Positions 48,649-60,395 of a stretch of DNA of 64,000 nucleotides are shown here, one piece after another. The translations under genes and the position numbers were made by a program. The notes under the pieces were generated by a model. It was not told where the DNA came from and ran no database searches. It worked only from the letters and a program-made list of their open reading frames with translations. This stretch comes from Mobula hypostoma (lineage: Eukaryota). The stretch spans positions 147,872,001-147,936,000 of the forward strand of contig NC_086097.1 in NCBI RefSeq assembly GCF_963921235.1, written 5' to 3'. How positions within the stretch are numbered: position 1 is the first letter of the stretch; every line of letters starts with the position of its first letter.

Positions 48649-49238
48649 TGTAACACCCTGGAAAAGGTTTCACTGCTAACGTACTGGTCTTTCTGTAGAA
48701 GCAGTGTGTAGATTATGGTTAGAAATGACGGGTGCTTTGGAATATGAGCTATCTAATCAGGTGAGCGTTTTTTTTTGTGTCTGCCACCAGTGTGAGCTGG
48801 TGGTCTTTGTTCAGCGGGAGATAAAAGAGAGAATTTCTGACGCTGGAGAGAACCAGTCGTAGGATTTGACTCGGTGGGGAACTGTGATTCGATGGAGCAA
48901 GGTGCAGAGGTCTAGTGAGGATTGGTGAATATGACTTTTGGTAGAGTTCAGCTCCAAATTGTGCACATTTGATTGTTTAACTATAATGGGCCCTTTTTGG
49001 TTTTTTTTCTTTCTTTTCTTTCCTTTAGTTAAGTTAACATTCATAAGTATAATTCCTTTAATTGTATACAGTGTGATGTCTGTTATTTCTTGGCACCAAG
49101 TTGTAATAGGGTAGCAAATTATACAGTATCCGCACAAACTGGGGTTTGAGGTGGGAAAGCCTCTCAATCTCACAGATTTGGCGGGACTGAAGTGTGTATT
49201 CCTTAGATTTATGCAGCCCAAGGAAACCAAAGGTTTCA
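48649..49238. mobile_element. Solo LTR (590 bp)
   Basis: TGTAAC...GTTTCA termini with 4-bp TSD tttg at 48645-48648 and 49239-49242; no internal coding sequence. Confidence 0.72.
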
Positions 49239-50999
49239 TTTGCTTTACCTGAATGTAAATTATTGTGATGCATGTTACAGCGGTCAGTTAATCTATTGAT
49301 GTGCATGTGTTTAGCTTGTGGCGCACCCAGAGAAAACCCACTGACAGCACAGAGGTTGGGATTTAATTCATCTTTGTCATTGTACTGTCTAAAATCGTTG
49401 CCAAATTGTTGTTTAAGGGGATCATAGGATTTGGAACAGAAGGAGTTAAATAAAGCTGTGCTACGGCTGAACCATAACCTCGATGAATGGTTTACTCTTG
49501 CTTGTATTATCATTTATAAGAACATCAAGGAACAGGTTAGGATGAATATTTCTGCTAAATGGGAAAAAAAAATTGTGTAAATACTTTTGTATGCAGTTTG
49601 TTTTTTTAACTTGTACAGTTTCTCAACTGCTATTCTTTTACTGCACTCAATACTGTTTTATATCTCCTTGTAGCATGGTTGATAGAAAATCTTTAATATG
49701 AGGACAAAAGACAATCTTTAAATTAATCTTTAATTGCAATGTAATGGTTACTTTGTTATTTAGATATCTTCTGCTGCTGTTTTAGTTGCAATGCAGCCAC
49801 CAGCAGAAAAAAAACGTAATCACAAGGCCTAAATTGTCAAAAAGCACTAAAGGTTATTTGTGCAATTAATGATTCCAGTACAAAAATGAATTGAAATCCT
49901 TTTATACACTTTGACAGCTATTGACTGTAAACTACAAAGTGATACATACATGTTGGTCTTGGACAATTTTTTCCTCTACCAGATTTTTAAAATCATTTTT
50001 ACCCCATCTCCCCTTGTATTTATTGTCACCGACCCTTATTCAATGCCCTTTGTGTAGGGTTTCAGCATGCCACACAACCTCTAAGTCAAGGTTATGGTGA
50101 TAAATTCTACAGTATTGTCACTTCTATTCTGAGGAAATTGGTTTGGTGCTTTCACATTGAAAGCAGATAATTTGCTGCAGTCTTTCAAATGAATTAGAAA
50201 TGGATTTGAAGTTAGAGTTCATGCCACCCATTACACCACACGAAGAGAAGTGTCTTAAGGCAGTATACACACTCCTGCCTTCATTATATGCACTTAATAC
50301 CTTTCCTTTTTGTCATTTAATGAAATCCCCCACAGAAACATGTCTTGCTAACTATACCTTTTAGACTGCACAGCTCATATCTTGAAAGGGAAATTATAGG
50401 TCCCTCTGCATTGAGGGTTGGTGCCTCTAAGTCCTTGCCCTTCTTATTATTTCATTAGTTCTAACCTCTTATCTTTTTTTTATGAAAGGTTTGCTGAAAA
50501 AATTTTATTCCTCAAGTTAAGGCAACAATTTATTTGAGTATTTTGACATTGGCTTAAATAAAAGTTGAACTGTTGAAATGCCTGCCCCCATCCTTGCATC
50601 GTTGTCAGATGGTGTACAGCATGCTTACCTTGAAGACATTGAGCTAACGTAAATCTCCCAATGCTCACTATAATCTTATCCAGTACAGGGAATTTTGCTT
50701 TATTTAGACTATTAATTGTTATGATTTTCAGATGGATTTGTCAGCTCAAGATATACAGTTTTAAGCTGAACAAGTTTCAAATAAAAGATCGAGTAGATTT
50801 GTTCTTTCTGCAGAAAAAGGATATTTGAAAGGAATGATTGAGACCAACATGACTATCATTTTCACCATCAACCAATAATTAACCATTTAGGAGTGCAAAT
50901 CAGCATCAGAGATGTTTGTTGACCATGATAATTTAATATTCTGTATTTCTCTGTAAAGGTATGATAGACCGTAACTCTAAAGGTTTTTAAAAGGGAATT

Positions 51000-51285
51000 T
51001 GGGATAGTCATAGTTAAAGTCATTGTCATAATAACAAGTACAAGAGGGAACACAATCAGAACAAAAAAAAAAGGTCCATCATAGTGCAAAGCAGTCAAGG
51101 TGTTGCTGGACTCAGTGATTAGGGTTGTGCAGATTGTTTTCAGAATGGAATGATTGAAGATAAGTAGTGGTTCTTGACCTGGTAGTATGGGACTTCAGGC
51201 TTTTGTACCTCCTGTTTGATAGTAGCAGTGAGAAGATGGCATGGCCGGATGGTGGGGATCTTTGAAGACAGATACTGTCTTCTTC
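51000..51285 (-). mobile_element. Rex1/Babar 3' end
   Basis: Same 3' coding/UTR sequence style as 17900-18040 (cctggtagtatgggacttcaggcttttgtacctcc). Confidence 0.55.
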
Positions 51286-52744
51286 GTCCATGACCTAGAT
51301 CAACACATTGATGTTGTGTGGAGGCTTGCATGCTTCAAGGACTCTATCAGACGATGCCAACCCAGAGCTATCCATGTTAGAACAGGTGTGGACAAGATGG
51401 CTGATGAAGATTTGTCCACGCTTGCCCCTCCTGGGCCATGTCATAAGAAACAGCAGTTGCCTTCTTGAAGTGTACCTCATATATAACGAGGGATTAACAT
51501 ACTGTTGACCAGGGTTTAATATTGTGCATTCTTAAATTTGAGAATATTGACTGTTATTCTAAGTAGGTGTGATTAATTCAAAATTGTGATGTACATTAAG
51601 ACTCCTGAGTAAATTTGATCTTTTGGCCTACCTAGTTACAGTATAGTTACAGATCTTTTTTTTTTCAAAGCTACACAATTGAAAATACATTGTAACTTGG
51701 TACACGTGACAATAATAACAGCGGAAAACTTTGTTTTGCATACTATCCACACAGATAATTTAATTAAATCAGTGCTTTGCTTTACAATATTAGAAGGAAA
51801 AACAATAACAGAATGCAGAACAAAGTATTATAGTACAGGGTGGGTGGGGTCTTTGATTGTGCTGGCTGCTTACCAAACCTATTTCTTTTATTTTCTTATA
51901 TTGATTATCAGTTTGATTATGAGATGTTTGTTTATTGCATTATTGTACTTTTAAACCTTGGCATATGCTAAACCACCAGTGTCACTTAATTGGATTTCTC
52001 ATTGCAACCATCTCTAGCTATTTACTTCTTAATATGCAAACTAGCAGAATTATTTTACTACCTGAATAATCCATTATGCTTTCTTGTCAAACAACTTTAG
52101 AAATTTGTTAATATATAGTATAGGAAGTGATACACGTCATACATTAGTTGCATTAATGCGTGAATAATATATTTTGTTCCCTCTCAGTTCCACTTTTTAT
52201 CAAGAGCAGTCAATATTTTTTTCTTGGAATGGCATTTCCGCCCTGCTGTGAACCCCTATGGAATTTCCTTGACGTGCTCCATCAATCTGTCATATGCTAG
52301 AATTGGATCCTCAGCTACTTCATTCTTTGATATTAATGTCATCTCAGACAATTTCCCACATAGCTTCATTTGGACCATCCCATATAAATTTTATGCTTTT
52401 GTATTGAATATTTCTTTCAAAATGAACTGTTGTCAGCTTCATTAAGTGCCATAATAGGTTCCATATGTACATAATATCTTCTGCACGTTAGTTCCTCAAA
52501 AAAGTTGTTTAATCACAGGCCAAACACAATTATATTCTTTGCTAATTTTCATGCGGAGATGTTGACATAGTGGGCATTCACGAGTACTGACTGCCCACCT
52601 AGATAGTAAGTAGTTGCATGTAATTCAACCATGAGTCAACCAATCACATATGAATTGATTTTCAAATCTTCTGTTCCAGTGGAGACATGCTGACGGTGCC
52701 TTCAAAATAATAAAGTATTTGTTTGATGATATTGGTTGAGGTTT

Positions 52745-53037
52745 ATTTTTAACTTATTTAGAGATACAGCATGGAACACGCCCCTCCGGTCCTTTAAGCT
52801 GCACTGCCCAGCAACTTCCGATAACCCCAATTTGACCTTCACCTAATTGTGGGACAATTTACAACGATCAGTTAGCTTAACTGGTACGTCTTTGGACTGT
52901 GGGAGGAAACCGGGGGACATGCACACATTCCACAGGAAGGACTACAAGCGCCTCAGAGGACGCTGGGATTGAGAACTGAACTTCGATGCCCTGAGCTGTA
53001 ATAGTGTCATGCTAACTGCTATGCTACAGTGGCACCC
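52745..53037 (-). mobile_element. tRNA-derived SINE with CR1-like tail
   Basis: Minus-strand head gggtgccactgtagcatagcagttagc and tail ctgtatctctaaataa. Confidence 0.7.
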
Positions 53038-53505
53038 ATGGTTTAAATCTTAGCCAAAACTTCTGGTTGAGATCTTTACAAGTGGAAGTGCACTCAATTT
53101 AATATCTCATGTGACAGATGGTACCTTGACAGAGTTCTACTCCCTTAAGATTACCATGAACTTTGATCCTGAATAGTCCTCTGCCTATAGGTTGAGGCTT
53201 AAACATGCAAACGTTTGACACTGATGAGAAACACTGATCAAAGGTTGTTACCTTAAAGGACAACACTAACCTTTTGCCTTCAACTAACCAAACTTCTAAC
53301 TATATTTTTCTCTACGGTTAAGGTGCTCAGTTTACTATCTGATTGAGTCTTTACCGAATGCTGCCTAAGAACTGTTGCATATTCCTACCTTGCAAATGAA
53401 TTTTCTAGTTGATTCTGTTTATAACTGTATCAATTTATATTGGTTTATTCCCTTACATGAGATTAGTTGTAGCTCTAATTTATTCGGGATTAAAGGTTTC
53501 TTGTT

Positions 53506-53628
53506 CACGCTGGAGGAACTCAGCAGGTCAGGCAGCATCCGTGAAAAAAGACGGGTTGACGTTTCGGACCAGAACCCTTCGTCAGCACTGAGACTTTGAC
53601 CCCAGCATCTGCAGATTATTTTGTGTTT
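53506..53628. mobile_element. Short Penelope pseudo-LTR-derived element with a minus-strand hammerhead core
   Basis: Perfect 13-bp TSD aaggtttcttgtt at 53493-53505 and 53629-53641. Minus strand CUGACGA-A-GGGU(UCUG)GUCC-GAAA-CG-UC. Confidence 0.82.
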
Positions 53629-54428
53629 AAGGTTTCTTGTTACTGGAGCCATTGTTTCTTCTCAGTTCCACTTTTCATTCATATCAGTCAATATCTTTTT
53701 CTTGGAAATGCATTTGTGCCCTGCACCTCTATGGAATTTTCTTGACATCCTCTTCAGTGTTAGAATAATGTGGGATTTCGATCCAAAATTTTGATAGCTC
53801 ATCTCCCCCACTGACACTGCTTGACCCACTGAGTTCCTCCAAGAGATTTGTTAGTTGTTTGTGTAAGTTTTGCTGTTTTATGTTTAGTACATTGACTGTT
53901 TGTCATGGTTGACTAGTACACAATGTCATCACTCTACAATTGATTAATACAATTGAAAATATACTACTAACCTTAAAATTAAAGATACTTAGAAAAAGTT
54001 GTTCTTCTGACTTCTCCCAAGCAACTTCTCACCGATCTAGTGCAAGCTAAAGGATGCACTGCAATGGCATTGATGCGGCAGAAAATGAAATTTCCTGATT
54101 ATCCCACACTGTCAAAATTTAGTTAGTTTACCAGGAATTGCACTTTATTGCATTCAAATATGCCACCAGGTCTTCCTTTCCCTAGGCCTAGTTGAAGGAT
54201 GGCTAATTGAGTGGATGAACTTACCTGGATTCCTCATTACCACTCCAGGCAGCATGGCTGGCAGGGATTACACTGGATGAGGAGAGCTTAAGTGAACATT
54301 GTCTGCGCTGTTTGGGGATGGTGGAGAGGAGAAGGTGGCTTGGCATAATTGAATATGGTAACTGGTTGTATATAGGTTAAAAAGATGTAGACTACTGAGT
54401 TGTGGAGAAGCCAAGGATTTAAATGGTA

Positions 54429-56640
54429 CTAGACAATGGGGTGACCCGTTGGGGCACCCTTTGAGAGAAAAGTAGTGCAGACTGACGTGACCAGAATGAA
54501 CATTAGATTTCCCTGAATGCTCTTGCTATCGCTTTGCTTTGGAAGTTAAAGAAGAAAAACTCAGTTTATTAAAGAAGAAAAACGCATAGCAAAACAAATA
54601 TAGCTCCTCGTTTATCAAAGGACACTTTTGATGACAACATTTCTGGTTGATCTGCCACCCTTCACGAATAAATACTGTAACGTTTTCATTTCTTTTTCCC
54701 TAGTTTAAAGCCACATACAGCTGACCATGCTGGAATACTGGTTTCTTCAGATAAATCAACACATTCTCCATGGTTTGGCCTTGTGCCTCATGTATAGTCA
54801 TAGCAAAGCATGACTGTATCAGGAACTGGCTCCGCTGAAGAGGGACATCTTCCCCTTTTGCTAAACTGATAGTAATTCTTGGGATCATGACAATGTCATT
54901 TTTGAACGCACCAATGTTTATCTTGGCTATGATGAGACTGTCGTGCAGTTCTTCCACCATCATTCGCGTTCCATTGCAAAGCTTTGGTGGATCCAAGTTC
55001 CTCAATGAAATGATGGGAGATCCCCTCTTCAATTCCAGTTTATGTGGTGACAATCCAGAGAGTTCGACTGAATCAAGGAATTCTGTTGGAAAATGAGTGG
55101 CTTTAGCTCCTTAACTTACGGCACTGAAGGAACAGTATTCTTTCATGATTCCAGGGAAGCGACTAATGTTTTTTCACATCATTTCATTGAGAGGAACCAA
55201 AATAGAATTCCTGGAGAACAGTTCTGCTGGATTGTCGAATGTTGGGTAGATGAAATCAATACATTCTTCCATAGTTTTTGCTGGCAAAATCATATCTTCA
55301 GGTAATTCGATTTCATCGTTTTCATTTTTCTCAATCTTGTCTTCTCCAACATCCATTAAGAACTCAGAATATCGTTCTTCTCCCTCACTCAATGGCATGT
55401 TTCTCTTCAATTGAAACTTGATGATGCTTCTCCATAAGTAGGATTTTTTATGCATGAATTCTCCATATCAGCATCATTTCCTCCTCGTTTCACAACTGCT
55501 AGAAACTGACGGAAATTGTCACAGCAAATGGTTAAAATACTCCCGAAGGCCTCATTCTTGCCTCATATATAATGAAGAGCCCGGTCCACGGCTTCGAAGC
55601 TCTCCCTCCTCCTAATCATGGGGCACTCATCCCAGACAATAAGCCTCGCATTTCGGAGTAAATTTGCAGTATCAGTGTTTTTATCGATGTTACAAAGTGC
55701 ATCCTCATTGACTTTGAGGGGCATCTTGAATCTTGAATGCGCTATCCTACAACCAGGCATCAATGTTGCTACAATACTGGATGATGCTACAGCAATAGCA
55801 GCACCTCCATCTCCCCTAATTTTAGCGAGGATCAAGTTGATGATAAATATCCCCATTCCTCCTGGTGCATCAATGAAAATCATTGAAGAGAGATTCCTTT
55901 CCAAGAGTCACACACATATTCATATACTTCTTTTTGCTCATTATTCAATAGGTGCTCCTTCTGTGAAACAAATTCCTGCTGTTTGTCTGTGTTGTATTGC
56001 AGTTCATGCAAAAATTCCAGATTGCCAGCACCTTGAGTAATTGTACCGTTTCTCGGTGTCCGCAAGTTATATTCTTCAAGTGTTTTGCCCAAGTTCTTAA
56101 GTTTCTCTTGGAAATACAGAAGAGTTTGTCCATGATGCCTCTCATTGATCATGATATTAGGATCATTGATAGTTCTCTTCATTGGTAAGAAATCTTCAGA
56201 CATTGCATTCTTGAACCGGTTCCGTAATTGTTGTGGATTGTTGATTTCAGTGTTTGTTAGCAAGACGACAAACAAATCTCTCATTGCTGTGGGCATTTTT
56301 GTTCTCTCTGCCTCTTTCATAGTTTGCTACCAATGATCATCAGCTTGCAACAACCCTCTCTCTCTGCAGACGTCTTTGAATGATGGAAGGATATCATGTG
56401 TTTTCAAATGATTCGAAAGATACTGGCCCCTTTATGTGATGAAGAAGTCGTCTCAAATAGTAGAGGTCACCACTTCGTGGAGAAACAGTAAACACTCGAC
56501 CCAGAACATTTGCTTCAGAAATCCCAGAGTAGTCCTCCACTCTTTTCCCCATTTTCCTTCTTTCCCATCTCTTATTAGTCCAAGTGTGGAATCTGGGAAT
56601 AGGGTGTTTCGAAGTACTTCATTACAATAAGACTTAAATA
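54429..56640 (-). mobile_element. Helitron (Pif1-like helicase region, pseudogenised) with canonical 3' end
   Basis: Helicase motifs FIDAPGG, AVASS..AHSRFK, IVWDECPM, LRNLDPPKLCNGTR, FAMTI..QGQT, HGQLYVAL, plus LYYLRRLLHH upstream. The minus-strand 3' hairpin gggtgcccc-aac-gggtcaccc is followed by CTAG|T at 54429. 5' end not located. Confidence 0.92.
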
Positions 56641-56868
56641 TCTCTTACTGATGGGTCGCAGTTTGATCTGTCCCAATCCTGCATATGCTGATGGTGATTA
56701 GCAGAATGTGACCGCTCAAAATAGAGCTGCCCTGCCCTTTTGCTGCAGTTGGTGTCGCTGCTGTGAGCATCGTAGTTCATTGCCAGTTCAATCCATATTG
56801 CCGTGGGAGTGCCATCCAATGGTCACCCTTTGACGAGGTAGTCCAAGTTTGCATTTAACAATGCAAAG

Positions 56869-57733
56869 TGTTACATACCTCAAGGAGATCTTGTGCCTTT
56901 CTTGTGAGAATGATGTAATGGTCTTTTGGAGGTCACCTGTTGTAATTTTCCCGCCGAGGTGAGATCACGTAATGACATGTTCACCACGGGTATAAAAGGG
57001 AAGACCTCTGGTGACGCAGTTAGTCTTCCGGCTAGAACGTTCATCACTGTCTCTGTTTTGTTGTCTATTTGTTTTATGACGCAGTTTCATTTTTAAAACG
57101 GAGTGTTACGTTCTGTTGCAAGGTACAATAGTACTGGACTGGCAATTTGCTAGATTTGTTGATGTACTTTTTCAGTAGTATTGGAGAGTGAAGACTTTAA
57201 CAAAGTACATGACATGAAGGATTAAGAGAAGTTGGTATCGTTTGGCAGTTTAACAAAGGATTGACCTTATTGAGTCTTCGTTGAAGAAGTAGCGACCTGC
57301 ATCGAAGATAACTCCTGCCGAAAGAGAAAGGAAGTTCATGCAAGGTTTGCTTTCTAGAAGAAATTAAGGTCAGTTGTTTTAAGCCGTTTATTTCCTTCCT
57401 CATGAATCCTTTGGACAGAACCAGCAGGAAAGTCGCGTCTATGAAGAAATCCTTCTGCAGAGAAGTCTCTCCCAATTGAATGTTTAAATCTGTTGGACTT
57501 TCAAATTTACCATTTTAAGAACTGTATTTTGACTTTACTGCTTTAAGAACTGTTTTCACATTTATCGCTTTAAAAATCAGTACCGAGTGATGATTTGTTG
57601 AACAGCTGCATAGCGGTTAACTCCCGGTTAAGGTTTTCGTTTGTTTTTTATTGTTTATCCGTGTTTAGTAAATGTTTGGTTGTTCTTATATAACCTGACT
57701 CGATTGATATTCATTGTTGCCGGTTACGTAACA
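56869..57733 (+). mobile_element. Solo LTR (865 bp)
   Basis: TGTTACAT...ACGTAACA inverted termini, 4-bp TSD aaag at 56865-56868 and 57734-57737, TATA-like gggtataaaagg near 56990, AGTAAA near 57667. Confidence 0.8.
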
Positions 57734-58203
57734 AAAGGAGTATTGCTCAGGACTAGTATCATCCCAAGAATGACACGAATAGCGGTGGTTGGTTTGTCTT
57801 CATAATTGTTGAGAATTGCACATAAATCATCAGAAAAGTAATTATACAGCACTAAAATAATAGCCTAAAACCCCAAGAAGTGCAACTACTGTAACTTTAA
57901 ACTAGAAATAGTCAATGATGGAAATGCTCAGGGTGCATTTGTAGAAATAGAAACAGAGTTAATGTTGCATGTCAATGCCCTTTCATTGGAACCTGATATA
58001 AATTAGAAATCAAATGTATTTGCTTTCTATTTATATCTTTTATGATGACAGTCAATGAAAAAGGATTAAAGACCCATAAGTAATCAAATAAATAAAGCAT
58101 AAATTTGAAACTACTGGAGGTAATTTTAGCAGAAACTAGCTTTTCACCAGAGTCTCGTCCTATTTCCTGATTTGATGAGGTTCTCTTCTTTCTTTTCTTG
58201 CAG

Positions 58204-58388
58204 GTCACTCCTGCTGAACCGAGCCAGACTGAGCAGTAGTTACAGGTTCCTTCAGCAGAGATGGAAAACAAAAGGCATGCGATGTATTGGGGGAGTGTTG
58301 TATCGTGTATCTGCCAACAAACTTGCAAAAAGCAGTTCTGTTCCCATCAGAACTGGAGTCACAAATGCAAGGAGTACTGTGAAATCAG
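58204..58388 (+). CDS. ZC3H3: Next internal coding exon of ZC3H3 (185 bp, phase 2 in, phase 1 out)
   Basis: Strong polypyrimidine tract ttctcttctttcttttcttgcag and donor CAG|gtaaaa. Peptide SLLLNRARLSSSYRFLQQRWKTKGMRCIGGVLYRVSANKLAKSS carries the ZC3H3 'KGxRCIGGVLYxVSANKL' motif that precedes the CCCH fingers. Confidence 0.93.
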
Positions 58389-58649
58389 GTAAAATGACCA
58401 ATTGTGTTGAAATGATCGATGTAAGGGACGTCTGAGTTTCAATCCCAAAATGAGCATTGCATTTCATCAAGAGTCATAAAGATTTGGCCCACCAGATCCA
58501 CACTGTTTAATGGGCAATCATTTCCAGTTTCGTCCATAGCATTCTAGGCTTTGGGTAGGTTCTGTACTCATCTAGACACAACATAATTGTTGTCAGCAAC
58601 TCTGCTTCCACCACTTTCTCTGAGACAGTGAATTCCAGATACTCATAAA

Positions 58650-59155
58650 GATGCCTGTCTATGTTAATCCCTTTTTGCCTGCATATGGCCTTATGCCCCT
58701 AATCCCTTCCTATCCATGTACTTGTTGAAGTGTTGTTTTAATTATAATTTTATTTACCTTTACCACCTCCTCTGGCAATTGCATCCACATACCCACCATT
58801 TTCTGAATGGGAAAAAGTTACCTCTGAGATCCACTTTAAATCTTTTGACTTTAAAGTTGTGCTTTCCAGTTTTAAACTTGCATATACTGGAGAAAAAAAA
58901 CGTGTGACTATCAATGCTATCTATGCCTCTTGCAATTATATAAATCTCTATAGGGTTACCCCTAAGCTTCTTCCATTCTAGGAAAAGTAGTCACTGCCTA
59001 TCCAATTTCTTATTATAACTTAAGCTGACCAGTCCAGGAAACACGCATATGAATCTTTTTTGCACCCACTTCAGCGCACTAGCATCCATGGTGACCAGAA
59101 TTGCACTCAAAGCTCCATATACAGTCTCACCAATGTTCTGCACAGCTGCAACATG
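58650..59155 (-). mobile_element. CR1 LINE 3' part
   Basis: Homologous to 2400-2830 (ggtgaccagaattgcac..ctcca; ALKWVQKRF). Confidence 0.7.
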
Positions 59156-59789
59156 ATGCCTGACAGGCATACGCAATGCTGCAAATTAGAAAGGGCAAAC
59201 ATTGAATACCAACCCTTAAGCATGACATATATAACAAAAGGACAAACATTAATAATTTTTAAAAAGTGAATTTGTTCCTCATGTTGTATTGCTTTTTACA
59301 AATTTTCACAGTCCCTCTTTTTAAGAGTGGTGTAAGTTCATGAGAGTGACACTGGTACTGACCCTGCCCTTGTGAGAAAGAGCAATTAATAGTTGATGAT
59401 ACACATTTGGCTTTGGTTTTGAGCTCTTTGCTGAGACTTAAAAAAACGATCAGAGCAATCTGATGTTTGTTGGTATAAGATATATTTATAGTGAGGCGCA
59501 TAATGTAGGAGGTGTCTAATGTATTAAGTTGATGTGGTACATGGGTACAATCTCGCATCATATTGTAATTACCAAAAGCTTTGTTTCTTTTAAAACCTTT
59601 CTGAAGCTTTTGTGCAATCATGTGACAGATAATTATTGAATGCGCAGCTATGCAATGATTGTTTGCAAACTCCCTTCACTTCATCTGTTACCTTTATCAA
59701 ATGTGATTTCTTTTTCCCACATGTAACACGTGTAGCTTGTCAGATCATGATGATTAGGATATTCTTAAAATCTTTCTCCATTGAAAGAC

Positions 59790-60395
59790 AAGAAAAGAAT
59801 GGTCTTCAGGCATGTCACAGGTAGACAAGGTGGTGAAGGAGGTATCTGACCTGCCGCTTTTCATCAGTGAGGATACGGAGTTTAGAAGTTGAGAGGTAAT
59901 GTTGCAGTTGTACAAGATGTTGGTGAGATCACAAACGGGTATAATGTATAGCTTTGGTTACCCTTTCATAGGAAGGATGTTAGTAAATAGAAAGTGCATA
60001 AAGAAGATTTACAAGAATCTTGACAGGACTCAGGGGTCTGTTACAGGGAGAAGAAGGGCAGACTAAGACTTACTTCCTTGTACAATATCAATATTTAAAA
60101 CACAAAATACTCTGCAGATGCTGGGGTCAAAGCAACATTCACAACACGCTGGAGGAACTCAGCAGGTCGGGCAGCATCCGTGGAACTGATCAGTCGATGT
60201 TTCGGGCTGGAACCTGACGAAAGTTCCCAACCTGCTGAGTTCCTCCAGCATGTTGTGAGTGTCAATATTTAAAAGATATGTCCCAAAGGATAAAAGATAC
60301 GTTACAAATGTGGGCCAAGTGGACTAAATTAGATGGGCATCTTGATACATATGGATGAGTTGGACAGTTGGGCCAGAGGGCCTTTTTCCAGCGGT
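59790..60395 (+). mobile_element. Old CR1 3' fragment hosting a Penelope-derived insertion
   Basis: gaggtaatgttgcagttgtacaagatgttggtgag.. and CR1 3' UTR remnants. Confidence 0.6.
60101..60261. mobile_element. Short fold-back Penelope-derived element
   Basis: Perfect 13-bp TSD tcaatatttaaaa at 60088-60100 and 60262-60274. Arms ctggaggaactcagcagg / cctgctgagttcctccag, with partial hammerhead cores. Confidence 0.85.

Larger units (their letters stand above)
7530..58203 (+). other. ZC3H3: ~50.7 kb GT-AG intron of ZC3H3, phase 2
   Basis: Bounded by the two exons. The peptides join continuously (..NSCV-R-SLLLNR..) and no intervening exon was recognised. Confidence 0.82.

Noticed and set aside
48811..49513. 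142-aa and 151-aa minus-strand ORFs as genes
   Set aside because: They overlap a solo LTR, have no domain motifs and have no credible splice context.
54700..56320. Host PIF1 helicase gene
   Set aside because: Intronless, with many frameshifts, a damaged Walker A and a Helitron hairpin+CTAG terminus.
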